Below, in pieces: positions 59,201-64,000 of a DNA stretch of 64,000 nucleotides. The translations under genes were made by a program, and so were the position numbers. A model generated the notes under the pieces. That model saw nothing but the letters and a program-made list of their open reading frames with translations, had not been told where the DNA came from and did not search any database. Numbering within the stretch: position 1 is the stretch's first letter; each line of letters starts with the position of its first letter. The DNA lies in the IMG/VR virus record IMGVR_UViG_3300033571_009591, positions 1 through 64,000 of that record; one strand, given 5' to 3'. Source of the DNA: a virus.

Positions 59201-60308
59201 CAAGGAAGAGTTACAAGGCTTCTTTGCTCCCGCGCAAGGACAACCTCTTGCTAAACTCAGCGCCCCTGCGCGTCAAGCGTTAAATCAATATCTTTCTGGT
59301 TCTATTCGTGATGTTAAAGTGCTTAAAGGATCAACTCCCGAGCAAACAGACAGCAACATTAGAGAAGTAGCAGACTTTATTCTTGCTTTAAGAAAAGAAG
59401 AGCTTGCCTATTCTCCAAATAGAGACAATATTGATGTTGCACAGGCGTTAAAAGGTATGGACCCTGAGAAAATTTTTAAATATGGAAACGAAGAGGCAAC
59501 TCAGGAATTTGTTCCACTAATTATTGACGGTGTTGATACTGGTTTTCTTATGAAACTTAATGAAAGAGGTGTTAATGCAGGAAATGGTAATAACTTCTGG
59601 CTTATTGACACTAATTCAGGTCAAAAGTTAATCATTAAAAGAGAAACTATTAAAGGTAGATCAGATGCAGAAGTATGGTCAGCAAAACTACTTAATGCTT
59701 TAGGTGTCAGAGGCGTCTCCCACGTTGAACGTCATCCTAAAGATAAAGATATTCTTTTTGTAGCTTTTGCTGGAGATAATTTAGATTTAAAAACAACTCC
59801 AAACGTATATGATGTAGTTAGAAATGACCTTAATTTGTATGCTGAAAAAACAGCAGCAAGAGCAAAAGTTGCGGATCTCATTGGAATGATGATTTTTGAT
59901 GGTGTTGCTTCTAATACTGACCGTCACGAAGAGAACTTCCTTGCAGCAGAGACTCCTAGAAACGGTGTTGCTGGAAATGGACATGAAGATTTACAACTTC
60001 TTCCAATTGACCACGGTTATGCGCATCGTTTGTCTCGTCGTAGAGGTGCTATATATGACCCAGAAACATTACTTCGGACAAATGGATATGCTACATCTCG
60101 TTTAATCTATCAAGAACTTGTCAAATCGATTGGTGGAAGAGCTACACACCATCTTGTAGACTTAACTGTACAGCAAGCAATACAAGAACTTAAGAGAGAT
60201 AATGGTGGAATAGATTCCACTGTATTAAAAGAAGTAATAGCTCAGCTAGAAGTTTTAAGAGGAATAACCCCTGAGAAGTGGGCTAAATTTATGAAAGCGA
60301 GGGAGTAA
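53229..60308 (+). CDS. Giant (2359 aa) virion-associated multidomain protein with HTH, WYL-like and C-terminal HipA/PI3-4K-like kinase domains
   Basis: QRRDRYGRF; GESLDVVAEDLGISREEVRR; IQSAIDKGQKIAFSYNGKERVVLP; IIK...AEVWSAKL, FDGVASNTDRHEENFL, LPIDHGYA. Confidence 0.8.
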   Translation: MSRIRRLSQVISEEGRRALASQQASRIRDTAFGIVDEANLNASTSRKITKKAAFTVVLRSLQSTRNLPFSLREHMAIKELSQYITLAQSDKSNSLTLSNTDLLPVSHPRSTRNHAMTASALLEARARWVADDPRIVDGYAKTIIASALTSKYASVEHVYYNSILSSLPQGVVPAEVIVAASNPFSGGNSSAERSLRARLQRRDRYGRFAFMGGGLSALVRRSNGRVYNLVGRPIIDGPNGDDIQMELPDGRIVNIPASKGMFIKAVINPTPDGYSKDTAKTATTGNIINEEDLVFVDAPKGWSKTGTNTWSAEDGWSIEKGRDKNGFFQYEIKDPAGKTVGTSSGDWEDALDSIAEKKEGKKAVLPSDNINNIVPKKAPVEIGGNGEGPKPPKPFEFKYPEGAVKIKIDESYEPEGRNEEESPDFTDDPVELGQKFDPRDLIQALEQGVIPQNKGENAIGYGVLRFNGGDEYVPVQAIYNALDEAGEDAPLELARIYDKGLGNNSNENALKDNRKGIARLDQSKPDVAESFERTVSMNPDEVPATKTPKFSEAEMNESSLPPVLEGLSEAEMRQFMETGDHTPYLPENESIDMPEGYNSLDPSPFSSWREVTADTPDAVLPEGFSDNPVFLAQSIDRQSLETELRRSIEPDSATPGYANISLQDEDGEEFVANVPGEAVRDALQLQGVDTNELIKSIADEGFAGQEDQIIMDPPKDGGQDIKDVDKALDFLDKHMDDMGTTEDAAMGISQAQEHLKEAKKDLENGDIKSAISSLEDAFNLMDGLERPSEGIFPNGENSAEAVDVVNKLITRLQEADTSKTSGEKSVVEKKPMNAYERLMAENKAAEDAVKERKAKLDKDAQDRVDDMGRPIPEGWGFTTKNKPNFGQLDRPDNYFNVYGNNNFEASVDSEGKILVKDRNGLVPDKSYDNWEDLQADLANQKAEYSSAARARVAEIAKGYGYSDEQIASFDSMSQQELADFFANPDNHTPAYADALVDWVNSFAVDLPNPQQKARWAQMAKDEKILAQAGDAPSKSVEDLLIEKPALDKLVSEINKKDGYEANGLNFRINTGAFGVKDDNIEVTPINWEPGDPIVARIDMDGEIDWENDAQFDKYANDMNEALNGLNTPEEINDEALLDRRLAGESLDVVAEDLGISREEVRRREMNALRKRREANPEAPLAPTGLDKPENKEAIAAFNRQYVKELLDQEEARADELQAEGDGMPRGDAQGIAEAEMKIMYGKTAGEALDELPREEALRVLRERQHEFDKDVVPDISEPPTQSNVVLAVDVNSPNLQEEIQSAIDKGQKIAFSYNGKERVVLPKGIWTNPKNGNVNLRAIEDGTDGGLKVFTLNKMEMAAPPPPRNTTKPKELSEGDKAVIKNNAFVEENAGSLQPIAAEDVQVGDFIWNAFHGRYEEVLSNKYAGVMNRMEMEVFNVKNGQREIRYFEMDSPLRNVRRPGVEDQAEPIPSAKAAPRGGKRNVIKRKAPSERVVAKEGRQMGGNFEKEGFYRDMNGVALVPGDVVIHRDPSPGKGGKWKRGVVKLRIGAQVEEGKKAGAVGRKGIAYLDYLIVQWEGEDVEAALNQGGRQVKAKNLVKFDGSVDGMVMPEFRGGNVKPNTPANPAAPAKPNVRPGVPEKIYNNKFQDKNGGNFEINLIKIDDVYEGALIDRNVAEDPQDARVQIVVRDKDKKVAMNALADARDIIKDAANGQEALPDIPNLDGEFLGDENLKPTQALEQGRLLDTPEGRPAAPAGPGMPKPVYKAEVEDEKGNNFKISVIKIDDMYEAAVFNESGDLNAVIAKNTSLAEVQGVVGRFIGDVAESNDGDKVIRLYGNIPEPVELVLDKDNITNENLNAALKDVQARLSEGPNDWRIREAQRAVEKLIKDLDNGIDPMSLSITRLGQIFTGLGASSNASYIELAKKLKPIFQVIIKKQREKQVPNRKANLNKPDPVALANERVLAGENIVDAPNVKDIFTKDDVFAANPFLEPFKEELQGFFAPAQGQPLAKLSAPARQALNQYLSGSIRDVKVLKGSTPEQTDSNIREVADFILALRKEELAYSPNRDNIDVAQALKGMDPEKIFKYGNEEATQEFVPLIIDGVDTGFLMKLNERGVNAGNGNNFWLIDTNSGQKLIIKRETIKGRSDAEVWSAKLLNALGVRGVSHVERHPKDKDILFVAFAGDNLDLKTTPNVYDVVRNDLNLYAEKTAARAKVADLIGMMIFDGVASNTDRHEENFLAAETPRNGVAGNGHEDLQLLPIDHGYAHRLSRRRGAIYDPETLLRTNGYATSRLIYQELVKSIGGRATHHLVDLTVQQAIQELKRDNGGIDSTVLKEVIAQLEVLRGITPEKWAKFMKARE

Positions 60309-60309
60309 A

Positions 60310-60738
60310 ATGAAAGTTTCAATATATAGAGTGTATCCAGTCAGGTTTGATAACGACCCAGTTAACCCTGAAGAACATTTATTTTCAGTGATTGCTACCG
60401 AATCTAGTGCAGCATACGCAGTTCCCCCTGAAAATGATCTAAATCAAGAACGTATTGAAATGATTATTCAGATGTTTAAAGATAGTGATATAAATATACC
60501 TACTACCCCCGAAGGCTGGGTAAATTTAGCATTAGATAATATGAACTATGTTACCGCTATCTCGGTTGATGCTTCCAAATATGAAAATATTAAAGATGCT
60601 ATTTTTGATGAAAGTAACGCTGCAGAAGTAGCTGCGAATATAAGAAAAGAGCAACATAAACTAAATAAAGAAGCAATGGACTCTCTAGGTATCTCATCAC
60701 TAGGTAGTCTAATGGATGATATAGAGGAAGGTATATAA
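60310..60738 (+). CDS. Acidic hypothetical protein (candidate kinase partner)
   Basis: Starts just after the giant gene's stop. Confidence 0.65.
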   Translation: MKVSIYRVYPVRFDNDPVNPEEHLFSVIATESSAAYAVPPENDLNQERIEMIIQMFKDSDINIPTTPEGWVNLALDNMNYVTAISVDASKYENIKDAIFDESNAAEVAANIRKEQHKLNKEAMDSLGISSLGSLMDDIEEGI

Positions 60739-60739
60739 C

Positions 60740-61039
60740 ATGGCCTTTACACCAGATAAACCAGAAGATCCTAAGGATTTAGTCTGTCATTACGATAGCG
60801 ATATCGACCAAGCGGCTATCCTTACTTACGAGTCAGATGATGGCTTCTTCTATCGTGATAACTTTGAGTGGAAAGAAATTACTCCAGAAGACGACTGGGA
60901 GTTGGATTTTGATGGTTTAATTAGAGTATATATCGACCCCGCCTTTATTGCCGTCTATGACGAAGCCGAAAAGCAAGACTTGGCTATTCCGATTGATGAA
61001 GTAATGAAGTACGAGTCAGTTGGTCCAGAGACGGAGTAA
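60740..61039 (+). CDS. Acidic hypothetical protein
   Basis: GAGG RBS. Confidence 0.65.
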   Translation: MAFTPDKPEDPKDLVCHYDSDIDQAAILTYESDDGFFYRDNFEWKEITPEDDWELDFDGLIRVYIDPAFIAVYDEAEKQDLAIPIDEVMKYESVGPETE

Positions 61040-61041
61040 AA

Positions 61042-64000
61042 GTGCTATTTATTGGTCGTAGTGGCGATGAGATCCTATTTTCCGCAGGGGAATTAGCAGT
61101 AGTTGTCGACGAGAAAAGAAAATTAGTTTCTTCCGTAGGTAGTTCAGAGGTTCTAGTTGCCTCTTTTACTCCCTTTGGCGACCAAACAGCACCAGACTCT
61201 GTACCCTTTGAGTTAGCAGTAGCTGCTACAACAGACTTAGATGTCAAGGTTTTTTCAAATAATGACCGTCTTTATACAATCCCAAAAGCAGTTCAGGCAG
61301 AAGCAAAGCGTGCTTTAGAGTGGCGCAAAAAAGAAAAACGTGGCGGAACACCTGTTGGTTTAAACACTGCTCGTACTCTTGCTAAAGGTGGACAAATTGG
61401 AATCCGCAAGGTTCGCCACATTGCTAAGTACTTTCCACGCCATCAGGTAGATAAAAAAGGTAAGGGCTACGAGCCTGGAGAATCTAACTACCCATCAAAT
61501 GGTCGTATCGCTTGGGCACTATGGGGTGGAGATGCTGCAGAGCGTTGGGCATCAGCAATTGTTGACCGTGAAAATAAAAAGGCTCAGTCAAACTCAATTA
61601 CTGCCTCCTACAACCACATTATGGGCGGCTACGAGAGCCCAGGTCGAATTGAGTTCGATGCGTTTATAGAGTCAGAAACACTTCCTATAGAGAGTGCTCC
61701 TCAGTTTTATATCCGAATCCGTTTGGACTCTGGAAAAGTTGACCGTATCTATAAAGTAATTCCAGATGGTGCTTGTTTTGTTTGGGATGACGGTATGTGG
61801 GAAGATTTAGGAAATGTAAATCACGATTTTGAAACATACGATCGTTCATTAGATGACCCGTATGACAGAACTGTAAAGATGCATGTACCTGTAGATGTTC
61901 AAACATCGATCATTCTTTGCGGAATGTTTGACTCTAACCCATTTGAACCAGTATCAATCTCTCAACTAGCCCCTGAAGAGGCTCAACTCTTTGTTGACCA
62001 AGTCAGCGGTGTTGACTGGGGTCTTATTGATGCAGTCTTGTTTGATAATACTGACAACTATGTAAGTTTTGAAGATTACTCAGGCAGTTCAATCACCGCA
62101 GCCGCTCCTGAAAAGGGAGACTCTGTAACTTTAAAGTCTACTATTACAGACCAAGATGGAAACTACACACCAGAAGAGCGCTCATCTAAGGCTCGGGGTC
62201 AGGTTCGTAATAAGAATGGCGAGTTTGCTAAATCTGGTGGCCGTGTAGTTATTGGTGGAAATGCTAAATACTCAGGAACAGTTGAATCTGCAAACTCAGA
62301 TACACAAACATTAAAAATTAAACTTGATAACGGAACATTTGTAGATGTTCCAGGAAACACAACAGAACCTGCAGATACTTTTAAACCTATGCCTCAAGTT
62401 CAATCAGCATCTTCTACCAAACAACTTACCCGTAATATTTTAGGACAACCTCGCACACCTATTGATAGCCCTGTTGCAAACATGCCTAATAAGCTCCCGC
62501 AACTAAGAAGCAATCAAGTAAGTACAATTCTTGCTGACTTCTCTCCTTGGGCTACTGATGCTAGAACAGCTAAATTATCTACTGGTATTGGCTCTAAGGG
62601 CGCTAATGAAGACGCCGAGGTTGCTCGGATAGTAGCGAATAGTAAGGCACCTAATGCTTACAATGACCCATCACTCCGTGCGTTTTTAGAAAAGAGTACA
62701 AAAGCACCAAATGGAGAAACAATTTATCCAAATTCTATTTGGTATCGCCCAGACATATTTGGAGTTAAGCCAGGGGATGTAGATAAGTACAAGGCAACTA
62801 GAGACTTAACCCCATCTCCAGGAAAAAATCCTGCAAATTGGCTACAACAAAAACCTAAAGGATTCACATCTGCAGCAGAGTCAGCTTCACAGACTAAAGA
62901 ACTTACTCCAGATACTTCAGATGTTCCACCAATTTATATGGCCATCGTTTCTCCTGATGATCCTCAGGCAGTTATGGATTTAGTTTCTTTAATACCTGTA
63001 TCAACAACTTCTACTAAACCTATGACATTTATTCGTAAGCCTGGCAAGTGGGAAAAAAACGAACAAGTTCTTAATGACCTAAATAGTCCTACACCCCCAC
63101 CAGTTGTTGTATTAGATGATGAAACACTAGCGACTGTTCTAGAGCAGGTTGATTCAATAGAACCAATGACATCTTCTGGATACGATGAATCAGATATGAA
63201 GATTGTTGCTGTAATGATTGCGGCAGGCGGGGCTGACAGAAATAAAGGAAACGCTGAGGAGTTACGTCAGTATTGGCTAACTGGTAAAGGCGCGGCAAAG
63301 ATTCGTTGGGGAACTGGTGGAGATTGGACACGATGCGTTCGTCAGCTCTCCAAATATATGGGCCCTCGAGCAAAAGGCTATTGCGCACTTCGTCACAAGG
63401 AAGCGACTGGTCTTTGGACTGGCGATAGCAAACACAGACAACTTTTTGGGAAGAAAGGCAGAGCTAAAAACACATTTAGCAGCGACTTCATTGTCTCTTC
63501 AGAAGCAGTAATTGCTTCAGCAACTATTAGAGCAAGAGCAGAAGATGCTCGAATAAGAGTATTCGGTGAACAACCTATCTCAGAAAATAAGGGCGCAAGT
63601 TTCTTTATCCCTCTGGTAATTCCAGAAGGAATTGAGTCAGGAGATGGTCGCAAGTTTGATGCTGGCGCAATTACTATTCGCGACCTTCCTCTCCCATTTC
63701 TATGGCAAATCAAGACTGGTGAAGGCCATTCAGGATCAGTTGTAGTTGGAACAATTACAAAGATGGAAAGAGTCGAAAACGGTATTGGAAATGCTTATGG
63801 GCATTTTGATACTGGAGAGTATGGAAAAGAAGCGGAAAGATTGGTTCGTGGAGGCTTCATTCGTGGAGTGTCTGCTGACCTAGATATGTTCGAAGCAAAA
63901 GAACATGAGAATGCTGCTAAAGATGATGCTGACGGCAAAGTTGGAGCAGGTAAAATGAAGATAACAAAGGCAAGAGTTATGGCTGTAACCCTTGTACCAA
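61042..64000 (+). CDS. Partial large modular head protein containing the capsid maturation protease
   Basis: Not in the ORF track (no stop). Frame from GTG 61042 reads IAWALWGGD, QVRNKNGEF, KIRWGTGGDWTRC, then IPEGIESGDGR...LPLPFLWQ...GHSGSVVVG...GFIRGVSADLD. Confidence 0.82.
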   Translation, partial: MLFIGRSGDEILFSAGELAVVVDEKRKLVSSVGSSEVLVASFTPFGDQTAPDSVPFELAVAATTDLDVKVFSNNDRLYTIPKAVQAEAKRALEWRKKEKRGGTPVGLNTARTLAKGGQIGIRKVRHIAKYFPRHQVDKKGKGYEPGESNYPSNGRIAWALWGGDAAERWASAIVDRENKKAQSNSITASYNHIMGGYESPGRIEFDAFIESETLPIESAPQFYIRIRLDSGKVDRIYKVIPDGACFVWDDGMWEDLGNVNHDFETYDRSLDDPYDRTVKMHVPVDVQTSIILCGMFDSNPFEPVSISQLAPEEAQLFVDQVSGVDWGLIDAVLFDNTDNYVSFEDYSGSSITAAAPEKGDSVTLKSTITDQDGNYTPEERSSKARGQVRNKNGEFAKSGGRVVIGGNAKYSGTVESANSDTQTLKIKLDNGTFVDVPGNTTEPADTFKPMPQVQSASSTKQLTRNILGQPRTPIDSPVANMPNKLPQLRSNQVSTILADFSPWATDARTAKLSTGIGSKGANEDAEVARIVANSKAPNAYNDPSLRAFLEKSTKAPNGETIYPNSIWYRPDIFGVKPGDVDKYKATRDLTPSPGKNPANWLQQKPKGFTSAAESASQTKELTPDTSDVPPIYMAIVSPDDPQAVMDLVSLIPVSTTSTKPMTFIRKPGKWEKNEQVLNDLNSPTPPPVVVLDDETLATVLEQVDSIEPMTSSGYDESDMKIVAVMIAAGGADRNKGNAEELRQYWLTGKGAAKIRWGTGGDWTRCVRQLSKYMGPRAKGYCALRHKEATGLWTGDSKHRQLFGKKGRAKNTFSSDFIVSSEAVIASATIRARAEDARIRVFGEQPISENKGASFFIPLVIPEGIESGDGRKFDAGAITIRDLPLPFLWQIKTGEGHSGSVVVGTITKMERVENGIGNAYGHFDTGEYGKEAERLVRGGFIRGVSADLDMFEAKEHENAAKDDADGKVGAGKMKITKARVMAVTLVP

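Noticed and set aside
52005-63713. Antisense and shadow ORFs in the track (e.g. 52005, 53957, 57402, 63089, 63393; also 23666-24552 on minus)
   Set aside because: They overlap better-supported genes or motif cassettes on the opposite strand and lack an RBS or recognisable motifs
1-64000. Stop-codon recoding
   Set aside because: Long genes are intact in the standard code; TAG and TGA end genes at sensible places; no suppressor tRNA

Overview
This is a 64-kb piece of a large, AT-rich tailed phage, most likely infecting a low-GC freshwater actinobacterium. The host is inferred from WhiB, DUF3039, FmdB, leaderless genes and an actinophage-type portal/protease. The window has three zones. (1) 1-18 kb, mostly minus strand: metabolism, DNA-modification and lysis genes (serine recombinase, DNA methyltransferase, Mom-like protein, thioredoxin, WhiB, NrdJ, CHAP endolysin), tRNA-Arg(UCU) and several candidate small structured RNAs, ending at an origin-like repeat tract near 18.3 kb. 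(2) About 20.3-48.3 kb: an early/host-takeover island of small genes driven by about 30 near-consensus sigmaA promoters, including a MoxR-AAA/VWA pair, proteasome-beta/HslV-like protease, subtilase, phosphatase, WGR and ART-like proteins. The island is marked by two dispersed 16-bp asymmetric motifs (TAGCAAAAAGTAAAAA and AACTACAAACAACTTC) that form fixed-spacing composite cassettes, and three paralogous double-HTH proteins are candidate readers. (3) 48.4-64 kb: head module with portal, modular head proteins, a 2359-aa protein carrying HTH, WYL-like and C-terminal HipA/PI3K-like kinase domains, and a partial giant prohead-protease fusion. All family calls come from recognising motifs by eye, and motif counts are manual.
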